In this document: in pieces, positions 20,242-30,023 of the stretch
Numbering within the stretch: the first letter of the stretch is position 1
How the letters are laid out: every line of letters starts with the position of its first letter
Assembly (NCBI GenBank): GCA_002099625.1
Contig: GCA_002099625.1_4857.1
Origin: Escherichia coli
Lineage (GTDB): Bacteria; Pseudomonadota; Gammaproteobacteria; Enterobacterales; Enterobacteriaceae
Length of the DNA stretch: 64,000 nt
Reading direction: 5' to 3' (one strand)
The notes under the pieces: model-generated
Database searches by the model: none
Told to the model about the DNA's origin: nothing
What the model saw: only the letters and a program-made list of their open reading frames with translations
Made by a program: the position numbers and the translations under genes

Positions 20242-21100
20242 TGGAACTCCAGAATCTATACGTCGCTAACGGAACGTCGTCGCTGACCTCATATTCTCTA
20301 CCGCTACGATGACGAACTTTGAAAGTGATTTCGAACTCACGTACGTCCAGCGCTTGTAAGATTATTAGAAACCAACGCCAGGTGATTGCCTCGGTGTGAC
20401 GCATCGCCTGTTTCATGTTGTTTCGTCTGTCCCCACGTTTGGATGATGTGCCTGGGCACAACTTAGGGTTGTTGACGTAGTTCGTCGTCCACCGTTCCAG
20501 TTTATCACCATCGATTTTATACCCACGAATAACTTTGTAGATTAAACGCAGGAGAATGTGCTTCATCACATGTTCGATAGTGTGGTCGATGTTCGCGACA
20601 TACTCGTTAACGTCGTAAGATGCGGGATGCTCGAAACGCTCTTTACGTTTCTTCCTGTTCTCATTACGTAAGTTCTTAATGAAGTCCTCACGCACAAACG
20701 TACTGTCGAATACAAAACACTTCGTGTCAAAGCTTCCCCGCTTAGTCAGCAGGGTGACTGTTAGCGTTTGCATCTCCAGGATAACTAATCCCTCGATGAA
20801 ACGTTTCCACGTAAAATCGACTGTCAGGTTACGTACCGAACCACCCGTAAGTGAGGTGTTCAGCCGGTTAACGCGGTCGGTCATCGTGGTCAGTTTGCTG
20901 TCACGAAACTGTTTCAGATACTCCGGGTCGTTGACATGTTGACGGATAAGGTCTTTCCATATCCCGTCGCTAATACCCATCAACTTAACCAGATTCCAAT
21001 AAGCTTTCCTTAACGGGTAGCTGGAATCTGACGCCGGTGGCGTACCGTGCCAAATTTGCTCGCGTGTGCTATTCAGCGGCGGCTTTTTCTCATCATCCAT
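20222..21100 (-). CDS. Hypothetical protein (292 aa)
   Basis: ORF in array; basic patches. Confidence 0.55.
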   Translation of the reverse strand: MDDEKKPPLNSTREQIWHGTPPASDSSYPLRKAYWNLVKLMGISDGIWKDLIRQHVNDPEYLKQFRDSKLTTMTDRVNRLNTSLTGGSVRNLTVDFTWKRFIEGLVILEMQTLTVTLLTKRGSFDTKCFVFDSTFVREDFIKNLRNENRKKRKERFEHPASYDVNEYVANIDHTIEHVMKHILLRLIYKVIRGYKIDGDKLERWTTNYVNNPKLCPGTSSKRGDRRNNMKQAMRHTEAITWRWFLIILQALDVREFEITFKVRHRSGREYEVSDDVPLATYRFWSSNETEQP

Positions 21101-21133
21101 ACATCACCTTGTTACAAGGGAATAGATTAAAAG

Positions 21134-21664
21134 TTAGAGATAGTGTTCCACTATCACTTCTAACTCGCGGAAGATATGTGCGGTTTGATTAAACAGCGTA
21201 TCCTGTTCGGGTGTTTGTTTATCAAATGCACGCTGATACAGTTCTAACATAGCGAAGACTGTGCGCAGTTTATCGCGCGCGACTTCAGGATCGGATGCAC
21301 CGAAATAATGATCAAGCCATCGTGGTTCTGAACTCTCTCCTTTTCTATCGATTGCCTCAGGCAACTCTAACCAACGTTGATTGGGAATGTTGCTACTGGA
21401 TACACGGTTATACTCAGAAATGAAGAATTCCAATCGCTCCACCAACGTGTCAAAATCTCGAATACGTAATTCGAGTTGTCCACGCAATGAAAAAGGAAGG
21501 TATTCTTTCCCATTATATTCCAGAGGCTCTGTAATGAGTTCTAAGCCCACCATCACTCTGTGCAGGGTGTTATGGGTATTCTTATGAAACTCAGCCTCCA
21601 AAGAGCGTCTGCGAGCTTCTATAGCCTTACGACGCAGGAGTGTTGAAAGCCATTTAAAAAGCAT
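21134..21664 (-). CDS. Hypothetical protein (176 aa)
   Basis: ORF whose upstream region carries the TAGATAATATCT near-palindrome. Confidence 0.5.
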   Translation of the reverse strand: MLFKWLSTLLRRKAIEARRRSLEAEFHKNTHNTLHRVMVGLELITEPLEYNGKEYLPFSLRGQLELRIRDFDTLVERLEFFISEYNRVSSSNIPNQRWLELPEAIDRKGESSEPRWLDHYFGASDPEVARDKLRTVFAMLELYQRAFDKQTPEQDTLFNQTAHIFRELEVIVEHYL

Positions 21665-21697
21665 AGGTGTTATCCTATTATGAGATGTTGTCTCGGA

Positions 21698-21710
21698 TAG
21701 ATAATATCTG
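21698..21710. promoter_or_regulatory. Near-palindromic motif TAGATAATATCTG (site 1 of 3-4)
   Basis: In the divergent region between 21134..21664 (minus) and 21741..22211 (plus). Confidence 0.4.
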
Positions 21711-21740
21711 TCTGAGTTCTTTTTGAGATGAGGTTATCCC

Positions 21741-22211
21741 ATGAGCGAAGAAGTGAAATACCAAGCGTTCGACGGAGATGTGGACAACGAAGATTCGCTT
21801 CTCCGCCAAACACAACAGCTACGCGTTAAGCTCGTCACGGATATGGTGAACGACGGTGAAGTACACAAAGACTTAAAAGCCGTCGACCGAATCGAACGCC
21901 TAATCAACGGCATCGACAAACAGGTCATGACGAAGCGGAAAATTAAAGCTGCTGAGAAAGGCGCTGAGGCGACTCAAGATTTGGCCAACAGTTTAAACGG
22001 CTTCTTAATGACCCGTGCAGGCGTTGGTATCAAACGTCACGACGATGAAGAAGATTTAAATAACGGATACCAACCCACCGTCCCACAGATTGCCGCAGTA
22101 CGGCCTCCGAAAGAAGGTGAGTTGGCACCAGTAGGCGAAAAGATTGACGTTGACCAGATCATGGCGTCTGCGTTTGCGAGTCGTCGTCCTGCTGATGACG
22201 ACGAAGACTAA
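21741..22211 (+). CDS. Hypothetical acidic protein (156 aa, C-terminal DDDED)
   Basis: Isolated plus-strand ORF inside the minus-strand block; its 3-prime end overlaps the convergent gene 22159..22887 by 53 nt. Confidence 0.5.
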   Translation: MSEEVKYQAFDGDVDNEDSLLRQTQQLRVKLVTDMVNDGEVHKDLKAVDRIERLINGIDKQVMTKRKIKAAEKGAEATQDLANSLNGFLMTRAGVGIKRHDDEEDLNNGYQPTVPQIAAVRPPKEGELAPVGEKIDVDQIMASAFASRRPADDDED

Positions 22212-22887
22212 ACAGAGCAGTGTCCTTTACGTCAGTACCGACGTATTGAGCAAGAAAACGGGTGGACTCCTTAAAGGGGTTCACCTTATCTCTTTTTATT
22301 TGCGCGATTGCTTCTTCCGTCAATTCGCTGGTCAGCATACTCGGTCGGGTAATGGTGAAATCCGGAATCGGTTTCTGGAAATGGCCCGCGTGTTGTTCTA
22401 TCCACGGGTACCAGTCGTACATTATCCAACCGTCCCACGCCGAAGCAAGTCGTCCTGGTGTAAGATCGCTGTGAGGAATAACAACGACGTCTACTTGCAC
22501 TTCGTTGTAGTAGTAGCGAAGTTCTTCCAAAAACGCATGACGTTCTTCATCATCGAGATCGGCGTATGGCCACAGGTTAAACGTTAAGACAGGTCGCTCG
22601 ATAGGAGCGTGCATCTGTATCGTCATTAACATTGCCTGTACTTCGTTCTTTAGCGTAAGCAACATTTCTGTTGGCTGCGCGTTCTGCAACGCGCGTTTAT
22701 CACGCTCCGCGAACTTTTTATTCCAGTCCTGAATTCCTACCACTTCGGCCCACGCATCCGTGAACCGCATCCGATACACTTCTAAATCAAGCTTCTCTAA
22801 TACATCAGGCTGCAGCACTTTCGCCCAACCAATTCGTGTATCGAAGATTGTGTCGATATCGACTAAGAAACGGCGTCCTAATCTCAT
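22159..22887 (-). CDS. Hypothetical protein (242 aa)
   Basis: ORF; ATGA-type overlap with the upstream gene. Confidence 0.5.
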   Translation of the reverse strand: MRLGRRFLVDIDTIFDTRIGWAKVLQPDVLEKLDLEVYRMRFTDAWAEVVGIQDWNKKFAERDKRALQNAQPTEMLLTLKNEVQAMLMTIQMHAPIERPVLTFNLWPYADLDDEERHAFLEELRYYYNEVQVDVVVIPHSDLTPGRLASAWDGWIMYDWYPWIEQHAGHFQKPIPDFTITRPSMLTSELTEEAIAQIKRDKVNPFKESTRFLAQYVGTDVKDTALFSLRRHQQDDDSQTQTP

Positions 22888-23552
22888 TCCGGGCGTCCTA
22901 AGTTGTTACCGATGTGCATTGCTTTAAAGTACGAAGACCATGTACGCGGCGCTTTTGAACTGGTACGCTCAGCCCCTTCCAGGTTGATGCGACCTTTACC
23001 GGTTTGCCGTAGCGATTGATAGAACGCACGTTGTAACGTATCGTTACCACCACGCGCCCACAGGAACTCCTGGAGCGTTGAGTCGTGTCCATCCGAGTAC
23101 ATGATGTACGCTTCTGGAAACGAAACACCCGAGGCTTTGGAAGGCCCTACTACCTGACCTGAGAGTTTATCGCGGACTTTATCGTTCTTCGCCACCGCCA
23201 TTTTCTTCTCTTGCATCTGCGTCTGGCGACGTGCAGGTAGCCGGAAGACTAAATGGGGGTAACGGGTACGCTGTAGGATACCGGTTTTCGGTTCCGTGAG
23301 CCACAGGCGCTGACACAAGTTCAGTCCCATCGCTTCGCAAATTTTAATATTGCGCATATGGTCAATTTTGACCTTGCCGCCAGTTGGGTTGTAAACAGGC
23401 AACCCTTCGCGCAGACGATTGAACTCTTCGTCAGACATTCGTGAGAAAGCGCGCTTGGCAGCTTCCGCGTTAATCCCGGTCGGGTCAACTAAGTTCAGTA
23501 ACTGTAAAGCATAAGCTTCTGCTTTTTTTCGCCGTGCCGGGTCTAATCTCAT
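22884..23552 (-). CDS. Hypothetical protein (222 aa)
   Basis: ORF, 4-nt start/stop overlaps with neighbours. Confidence 0.5.
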   Translation of the reverse strand: MRLDPARRKKAEAYALQLLNLVDPTGINAEAAKRAFSRMSDEEFNRLREGLPVYNPTGGKVKIDHMRNIKICEAMGLNLCQRLWLTEPKTGILQRTRYPHLVFRLPARRQTQMQEKKMAVAKNDKVRDKLSGQVVGPSKASGVSFPEAYIMYSDGHDSTLQEFLWARGGNDTLQRAFYQSLRQTGKGRINLEGAERTSSKAPRTWSSYFKAMHIGNNLGRPE

Positions 23553-23824
23553 TTTTTCATCCTCTCGCGGAGCACTGGAAGAACCACACGTTCCAGGTCT
23601 TCAATCCAGTACGGGATATCTTCATTGTGTTCAGGCACACCGACCGCATCAACCTTCGGTTTATCATTAATCAGGTTGCCGTAATGGGCATTTACCTGAT
23701 GACTAAATTCAGACAGTGCATGTCGCGGTGCTGAGAACTCGTTATGGAACGCGGTGCTAAGTTCCTGGCTAATACCAGCGAGACCCAGACACAGACGCTC
23801 TACAATATCTTTCTGATAACGCAT
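23549..23824 (-). CDS. Hypothetical protein (91 aa)
   Basis: ORF in array. Confidence 0.45.
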   Translation of the reverse strand: MRYQKDIVERLCLGLAGISQELSTAFHNEFSAPRHALSEFSHQVNAHYGNLINDKPKVDAVGVPEHNEDIPYWIEDLERVVLPVLRERMKK

Positions 23825-23837
23825 CGCTAATCCTCAG

Positions 23838-23864
23838 GGGAAAAAACAGGCGGGTTGCCCCGCC
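23838..23864 (-). terminator. Intrinsic terminator (minus strand), weaker
   Basis: Stem GGCGGG / CCCGCC with TTGC loop, followed on the minus strand by TGTTTTTT. Confidence 0.4.
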
Positions 23865-23869
23865 CATGC

Positions 23870-25363
23870 TTATTTCTTCTTAGTCAAGAACTTAGGTTCC
23901 AGACCATCCACGGCCATCGCCAGTAATGACATTGCTGTTAAGCAACGCTTACCACCTTTGACTTCCTGATCCTTGAACATCCAGTATTCCACTGTATTGT
24001 CCAGAATTTCATTCCAGTCCCACTTTTCGTCGATAACTTTATAAAGCTCCGCCGGTGAGAGATGGTACTTCATTTCCAGTCGGTGGTAGTTATTCTGCAT
24101 GTACGCTAGTGCGGCGGTGATTTCCAACGCACGGCGCAAACGCGGGTTGCTGTCACACATGTCGCGAATCGTGGTACGCATGAAAGATGTACCAGGTAGC
24201 AAATCGAGGGTATAGTTAGCACCACTACGTTTGTAGCCCCATTCATCTTTCAGTGTGTCGCTCAGGTAATGCCACAGAGAGAGGTGATAAAGCAGACCCA
24301 TCTCCTGCGAGAAGACCATTTTGAACTTAACGCCTGTGTGACCACCCTTCGCACGGTACTGCGTGAAAACAATTTCTTTCAGGTCGTTCACCGAAGCATT
24401 CATTGCTTTCGAACGCGCAGTCGGGTATTTCTCTTCGTTTACACCGGTCTTCGCGTTGTAAGTCTGATCCTGCTTCAACTCACCAGACTTGGTTGCAACC
24501 AGCAGGGAGTTAGTTAAGAACGACAACTGACGGCGCGGGATACCCGCAAACTTCAGATCATCGCCTGCATCGTCCAACAGTTTACCGTTCGCCTTCGGTC
24601 CACCACGGCCACCTGCCGCCATTGCTTTACCCGCATCGTCGGCCAACTGAGCAACGAAGCCCATATAGAAACCACCACGCGCAAACGCAGACGGCCAACG
24701 GCTCATCATGTTCGATTTCTGCAGCGCATCGTGGGCGTTCAGGATGTTCTGTTCAGAATCACCGACCTCTGATTTGGCGTGTTTCTCTTCCAGGGAAGAG
24801 GTGTGCCATTCGGACAGGGAGTCAATCGAGTACAACCACGGGTCGAGAATCTTTTTCGCAGAGCGACGGATTGGGTCCGGGAACGGTGTTTCACGTGCCT
24901 TACCAGCCATATACTCTTTGAAACGTTTTTCGACTTCGTCACGGATATAAGCAGAGTAATACTCCTCACCCGCCATGATATCCGAGCCAACCATGTTGTA
25001 ACGACCTTCGTGGATCAGGTCCAGCACGCCGCCTGTTGGCGATACTTCTAATCCGTTTGCTTTCGCTGCGGAAATGTACCCCGTTTCCAGACGACTTAAT
25101 GCTGCCGTAACTTCGGTATCGTATTTCGATCCCCAGGCTGCATTATAACGTTGCAGAATCATGAAAATACAGAAGTCCAATAAGGTAGACTTAAAGGTAT
25201 TACCACGACCTGCGAAGCCCATGATGTGGGCAAAACCACCGTTGAGGTAGTACAAACCATCTTCCCCGCGCTCGTAGTTACCGAGAGCGTGGTCCATGAT
25301 GGTATATACGTTAAAACGAGGGCGAATCACTTCACCCATGACTTGTTTAGCTGGACCTGCCAT
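23870..25363 (-). CDS. Possible RecA/UvsX-like recombinase (497 aa)
   Basis: N-terminal GGFAHIMGFAGRGNTFKST resembles the T4 UvsX P-loop region (GG..G.L.LAGPSKSFKSN, recalled from memory); the rest was not alignable by eye. Confidence 0.4.
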   Translation of the reverse strand: MAGPAKQVMGEVIRPRFNVYTIMDHALGNYERGEDGLYYLNGGFAHIMGFAGRGNTFKSTLLDFCIFMILQRYNAAWGSKYDTEVTAALSRLETGYISAAKANGLEVSPTGGVLDLIHEGRYNMVGSDIMAGEEYYSAYIRDEVEKRFKEYMAGKARETPFPDPIRRSAKKILDPWLYSIDSLSEWHTSSLEEKHAKSEVGDSEQNILNAHDALQKSNMMSRWPSAFARGGFYMGFVAQLADDAGKAMAAGGRGGPKANGKLLDDAGDDLKFAGIPRRQLSFLTNSLLVATKSGELKQDQTYNAKTGVNEEKYPTARSKAMNASVNDLKEIVFTQYRAKGGHTGVKFKMVFSQEMGLLYHLSLWHYLSDTLKDEWGYKRSGANYTLDLLPGTSFMRTTIRDMCDSNPRLRRALEITAALAYMQNNYHRLEMKYHLSPAELYKVIDEKWDWNEILDNTVEYWMFKDQEVKGGKRCLTAMSLLAMAVDGLEPKFLTKKK

Positions 25364-25378
25364 TTAGCGCTCCGTCAA

Positions 25379-25678
25379 TTAGCGTTTTTTCAGTGGGAGT
25401 AACAGACGACGTTTATGCCAAACTTCGAAATGCACTTCTGCCCACTCGGTGACTTGGTTGTCATCCTTAGGATTGATGTTAGAAATGCTTTTGAAGCGGT
25501 TACGGTTACGTTCGTCGATTTCGATTTCCAGAACGCGTTGACCATCAGCACGTGTGGTCACGTTCAGGATTTTACCAACCACGATCGGACTACCATCGGT
25601 ATTCTTCTTCGTCGGGGTGGTGTAAATCTCAGGTTCGATACGAGAGGTTAAAGCGCGAGTCAGTAATTTGATTCTCAT
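25379..25678 (-). CDS. Hypothetical protein (99 aa)
   Basis: ORF in array. Confidence 0.45.
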   Translation of the reverse strand: MRIKLLTRALTSRIEPEIYTTPTKKNTDGSPIVVGKILNVTTRADGQRVLEIEIDERNRNRFKSISNINPKDDNQVTEWAEVHFEVWHKRRLLLPLKKR

Positions 25679-25776
25679 CAGATGTTACCTTTTTGCAGTT
25701 CTCGTACATAAGGTTTGGGTGATACGTAAAAGACTTACTATGTAGCCCAATCCCTTATATATTCGAGGTTGATAGA

Positions 25777-26532
25777 ATGAATGTTAATCCACTTGCAGCG
25801 TTGTCGGGCTTTGTTGCCAAAGCATCCACGATTCTGCCTAAAGCCTTTAGCGGCTCTCAACAGGAACTCGCGCTGACCACCTATGACGACATGTCTGATG
25901 TGTCCAAGTGGATGCAGCAAGAGAAGTTTTTAAACTTTACCGGAATGCTTGTACCCGTACCACCGGGCTTCAACACGTATGTGATGGACCACATAGAACG
26001 GTTGGAATCTGTATGGGCTGTGCTCCAGAAGATTCAGGAAGGGGTTTTAAGTCCCATCGACAAACGTTTCGGCGCGATGACACACGACCTGGGCATGTTA
26101 ACTCTGCCGATTGGGTTTAAGTTCAAAGACCTGAACTATCCACTGAAAAACATCAATCCGAAAGACCTGGTTGAAAAACTGGCGAAGTCGTACACCAACA
26201 ATGTGATCGACCAGCGTGCGATTGAAAAGACCTACCACAGTGCAGGTGAGATTGACGTTGCGTTTAATCGTGCCAAAGCGCTGAACCTGGAAGTGACTAA
26301 GAAACTCCAGAAAGGTATTGACCGTACAGTTGAAAGCATCAACGTCTCTGTAGACATTATCTCTAATTCACAAGTCCATCCTAATGTGGCGGCAGAGTTA
26401 GTGAAAATGGCTGACATGGGTGCTGACTGGGTTGAGCTGTTCGGACTGTTTATGAAACAGATTAATGAACTGACAGAATGCCTGAACGTAACCGGTGATC
26501 GCCTCAAGACCCTGAAAGCAAACAAAAAATAA
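25777..26532 (+). CDS. Hypothetical protein (251 aa)
   Basis: Plus-strand island bounded by an AT-rich divergent region and a bidirectional terminator. Confidence 0.55.
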   Translation: MNVNPLAALSGFVAKASTILPKAFSGSQQELALTTYDDMSDVSKWMQQEKFLNFTGMLVPVPPGFNTYVMDHIERLESVWAVLQKIQEGVLSPIDKRFGAMTHDLGMLTLPIGFKFKDLNYPLKNINPKDLVEKLAKSYTNNVIDQRAIEKTYHSAGEIDVAFNRAKALNLEVTKKLQKGIDRTVESINVSVDIISNSQVHPNVAAELVKMADMGADWVELFGLFMKQINELTECLNVTGDRLKTLKANKK

Positions 26533-26588
26533 AAAGTAAGCAGTACCCACTCCCCTTACGGGAGTGGGTAGGCTTTATTTTATTTCGG
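26527..26588. terminator. Bidirectional intrinsic terminator
   Basis: A-run, stem TACCCACTCCC / GGGAGTGGGTA (26544..26570), T-run; lies between convergent genes. Confidence 0.6.
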
Positions 26589-26594
26589 ACCGAT

Positions 26595-27137
26595 TTAGAA
26601 TTTACTGATAGCAAGAGGCTGCATTGGCTCGACCACAATCAGTATTTCTTTCAGACGTGAAACGATATGCTCCCAGACCTGTGCTTCGAGGTGACGTAGC
26701 ATGGTGGTGAACTCACCCATGTACATCTCTTTATACTCGTCGCGGTTGAGATGTTCCCACGCTTCTTTCAATGGGCCTGCTTCCGGTCCAGACATCTTAA
26801 TCATCATTTCGATGTCCTTCATTTCATCAAACGCTTTACCGACCTTATCAATAACCTCATCGGTCTTGAGTTCGAGTGAGAAGCGACCCATCTTAGACTG
26901 CAGGAAGCCGTCTTCAATGTCTTCGTCGTTGTATTCGAAACACGCAATACGTTGCGCGAGTTGATGAACTTCATTTACCGCGATATTGACGTACGCCGCA
27001 GAGATAAGTCCAGCGAGGTGTTGACGATCGATATTCTTCGGTATCAGATAGTCTTCACACTTACGCTTAAACTCGAACAACGCCGCTGGAAATATTTCAC
27101 GAAATTCGTCATCGAGTAAATCAATGAATATTTTCAT
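26595..27137 (-). CDS. Hypothetical protein (180 aa)
   Basis: ORF in array. Confidence 0.5.
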   Translation of the reverse strand: MKIFIDLLDDEFREIFPAALFEFKRKCEDYLIPKNIDRQHLAGLISAAYVNIAVNEVHQLAQRIACFEYNDEDIEDGFLQSKMGRFSLELKTDEVIDKVGKAFDEMKDIEMMIKMSGPEAGPLKEAWEHLNRDEYKEMYMGEFTTMLRHLEAQVWEHIVSRLKEILIVVEPMQPLAISKF

Positions 27138-27673
27138 TCAACAGGTTTCCCATATTTCTCGCCGAGATACAGCAGTTCGCGACGACAGATAGCCAGCACC
27201 TTCATCTCCGCCTCACGATACAGCTTGGTGATTTTGTCAATGATTGGCTGGTCAACGATATCGGACCATGTTACCGTATCCGTAACGTTCGACGTTTGCC
27301 CGTTAATGACCACAGCAACATATGTCTCGCCCAGGTTCTCTTGATGTAACCCCGCCAGAGATTCACCAACCTTATCAAAGGCTTCACTCAATAAGTCGGT
27401 GATTTGGTCCGTCCCTTCTACCAGTTCAAAACGATGGGGATAGTTCAGAATGTTACGCAGCCGCGTGAACATACGTTCAATAAGCTGATTTACCATATCC
27501 CCAGTGTCACAGATAGCCACATCTACACCCGAACCTATTTCGTCAGACAAACGATTTTCGTGGACGGCCAACGCATCGTGAAGTTCAAATTCCACGTCTC
27601 GTTTTAATCCTAACAGAATTTCATCTAGCTGACGTCTCGACTCCGACAGAGCGAAGTCAATTACGATTTGCAT
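27134..27673 (-). CDS. Hypothetical protein (179 aa)
   Basis: ORF in array; 4-nt overlap with the downstream gene. Confidence 0.5.
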   Translation of the reverse strand: MQIVIDFALSESRRQLDEILLGLKRDVEFELHDALAVHENRLSDEIGSGVDVAICDTGDMVNQLIERMFTRLRNILNYPHRFELVEGTDQITDLLSEAFDKVGESLAGLHQENLGETYVAVVINGQTSNVTDTVTWSDIVDQPIIDKITKLYREAEMKVLAICRRELLYLGEKYGKPVE

Positions 27674-27683
27674 CTAATGCTCC

Positions 27684-28091
27684 TTAAAAGTTACTTACCT
27701 CGGGCTGCGTATACCAGTATCTGCACGCTACGAGATCCACAACGTTATATTTCAGTTGTCCACCGTGCTGTGACGTGTCTGCCAATTCATGCGCAAGCTT
27801 GTACGCCAAGTCTTCACGGTTGTCGAGGATAAGCAACACAACACGCTGCACCTCATTAAAGATATCCGGTTCACGTAAACAACTGTAGCGCTCGCTAAGA
27901 TGCTTAATAACGCCTTTATAAACATCTCCTGGTACAGCAGTGCCATTTTCTGCTACGTGGAATGAAACAAGCACGATTTTAATTAAAATCTCGACAACCA
28001 TGGAGTATATCATTCCACGGTTGCCGTTAATTTCCACATGCTTTAGATACTCTTGCAAGTCCATCAATGACTCGCTATACACCTTTAACAT
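27684..28091 (-). CDS. Hypothetical protein (about 135 aa)
   Basis: ORF; start re-picked at the first ATG (MLKVYSESL). Confidence 0.45.
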   Translation of the reverse strand: MLKVYSESLMDLQEYLKHVEINGNRGMIYSMVVEILIKIVLVSFHVAENGTAVPGDVYKGVIKHLSERYSCLREPDIFNEVQRVVLLILDNREDLAYKLAHELADTSQHGGQLKYNVVDLVACRYWYTQPEVSNF

Positions 28092-28102
28092 AGCGACCAC
28101 CT

Positions 28103-28480
28103 CTAGTTGGTTGCCGGCCACACCCCTGGCGATGGGATTGCATCGTATCCACGCCATTTCTTAATCACGACAAGGTTCGAGCCTGGAAGACCATCTAAAT
28201 CAAAACCAACAGTAGCAACGACATCAACTTCAGCATCCAGCGATACCTGATCGCGACCCTGTGTTCTGAAATGTGCAAGAGACACCAGTTTACCGCCAGT
28301 AATCGCAGTATCGCGAATAAGACGTGCCATATTGCGCATCTCTACTGTCACTTCTCCACGAATAGCGACACTCAGCGTTGCTTTATTTAACCAGGCTTCT
28401 TGTCCCGGTTCGACAATATAGAGAATCACACCTTCTTTGTAATACTGTTTTACCATCGTTTCAAATTCGTCTTGCGTCAT
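28103..28480 (-). CDS. Hypothetical protein (125 aa)
   Basis: ORF in array. Confidence 0.5.
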   Translation of the reverse strand: MTQDEFETMVKQYYKEGVILYIVEPGQEAWLNKATLSVAIRGEVTVEMRNMARLIRDTAITGGKLVSLAHFRTQGRDQVSLDAEVDVVATVGFDLDGLPGSNLVVIKKWRGYDAIPSPGVWPATN

Positions 28481-28493
28481 TTTAAATACTCCT

Positions 28494-29228
28494 TCAGTAG
28501 TTTAGTTTCTCAGCGACTTCTTTACGGATGCGACACATCACCACCATCGCACCATTCGGAATTTGGCTCACGCAGTTATCCGTGTAAAACTTACCTCCAC
28601 ACAGATAAAAGTCCAGACACATGGCATCGGTCAGCTCGTGCCACAGGGTGCCGAAACCATACTGCCAAGGACCGGAATGAATGACATCGTAATCGCCTTC
28701 AGTTATGCCAAATGCGGCAGTAGCGGAAGACCACAATGTTGAGGAGGTGGTATAAGTGTCATACCAGTAACCGAGCAGACGATGGTTACGACGTATCTCA
28801 GCTAACCGCTCGTACATTGGGATGAATACATCTTCCACCTGCGTGACAAAATCAGCCAGCATCAACTTTTCCGTGAACCACTCGATCCACGCAAAGATTT
28901 GTTCTTCAACGTCTTGTTGGCTTAACCCCGTGGCAGTAATGCCTTCTTCGTAGGTGTAACCTTCGTAGACGTCAACAACATTAATCTCTACATGTTCTAG
29001 CGTGAACAACCGTTCGGTGTTGATGCAGTCGTACATCTCTTGTAACCACGCAGTGAAGACTTCTATACAGACGTTGATGGCTGTGTACTTGAATTCATCG
29101 CGCAGTGGATACCACTGTGGGTTATCCTTTAGTTCGTTCTTCGCGAACGCGGGCCAATGCTTTTCGAACAACGCTTCAAAGAACTGGGGCGTGAGGTTTA
29201 AAAGCACTGGCACTTCGACTTTAAGCAT
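28494..29228 (-). CDS. Hypothetical protein (244 aa)
   Basis: ORF; the TAGATAATATCTA near-palindrome lies about 35 nt upstream of its start. Confidence 0.55.
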   Translation of the reverse strand: MLKVEVPVLLNLTPQFFEALFEKHWPAFAKNELKDNPQWYPLRDEFKYTAINVCIEVFTAWLQEMYDCINTERLFTLEHVEINVVDVYEGYTYEEGITATGLSQQDVEEQIFAWIEWFTEKLMLADFVTQVEDVFIPMYERLAEIRRNHRLLGYWYDTYTTSSTLWSSATAAFGITEGDYDVIHSGPWQYGFGTLWHELTDAMCLDFYLCGGKFYTDNCVSQIPNGAMVVMCRIRKEVAEKLNY

Positions 29229-29261
29229 CGTGAATAAATTCTCCTTAAGGTTACGTCCCTG

Positions 29262-29274
29262 TAGATAATATCTA
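29262..29274. promoter_or_regulatory. Near-palindromic motif TAGATAATATCTA (site 2)
   Basis: About 35 nt upstream of the start of gene 28494..29228. Confidence 0.4.
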
Positions 29275-29281
29275 TCTCAGA

Positions 29282-30022
29282 TTACTTTAAGAGATGCAAG
29301 AAGCGTGCTGCCTGTTCTGTAAAGTGAAAATACTCGATGGTATCAGGTTCGTCCGAGTGAATGTCATCCGGGTCCAGCAGGTAGCCCGAGATATCATCCG
29401 TTAAAACCCAAGCGTCTCCCTGCAGGAAAATACCCATCGGTTTTTCTACCACGGACATCACCAAGTCGGAATAAGAGTTACCTTCTGCTACCTTTACAAT
29501 GTCTTCACACGGGTCAACAATATACAGGTTGCAGAGACTACGATCTTTAAGACTGCGATGAAACATCGCTCGATCGTACCAAATAACCTGAGAACAATTA
29601 TCTTCGTCACCCGCCACATCGACCAACTCTGTCCAGAAACGATGTAAGAACCAGTTCAACGCACCGGTTATTAGCTCGTTCGGTTTCAGCATTCTAACGT
29701 GTTCGTCGTACAACTCTTCCATTGTCCAGATTCGACAATGCTCACGATCGATTGTCGGTAGCGGAGGTATTTGCGGCGGGACTTGTTTAGGCATCGGTTC
29801 ATCACATCTTGCGTTGTAACGCGCAATTGTTTCGGTAACCAGCTCTGCCACAACATCACAAGCCGCTTCAAATCCCCACTTGTACAACACGTCGTAATCT
29901 TCCATGGGCGCAGCACCAAACTCACGGTTCGTTGCCATCCACGACATCCATCCGTATTGCTCCACACAGTTAATCAGACTTTGTGTGTGGAGCGTGAGCG
30001 ATTCACTCACGACTCGCAACAT
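29282..30022 (-). CDS. Hypothetical protein (about 246 aa)
   Basis: ORF; start re-picked at ATG 30022 immediately after the upstream stop. Confidence 0.5.
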   Translation of the reverse strand: MLRVVSESLTLHTQSLINCVEQYGWMSWMATNREFGAAPMEDYDVLYKWGFEAACDVVAELVTETIARYNARCDEPMPKQVPPQIPPLPTIDREHCRIWTMEELYDEHVRMLKPNELITGALNWFLHRFWTELVDVAGDEDNCSQVIWYDRAMFHRSLKDRSLCNLYIVDPCEDIVKVAEGNSYSDLVMSVVEKPMGIFLQGDAWVLTDDISGYLLDPDDIHSDEPDTIEYFHFTEQAARFLHLLK

Positions 30023-30023
30023 G

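Noticed and set aside
22159-22887. Considered as the missing Mre11/SbcD nuclease partner of the SbcC-like ATPase (also 44009..44635 and 44690..45190)
   Set aside because: None shows the calcineurin-like phosphoesterase motifs (D.H, GD..D, GNH[DE], GH.H) on reading.
28160-28180. tRNA-like GGTTCGAGCC element, and a general scan for tRNA genes in intergenic regions
   Set aside because: The element is inside a coding ORF with no cloverleaf context; intergenic regions are too short or are occupied by terminator hairpins.
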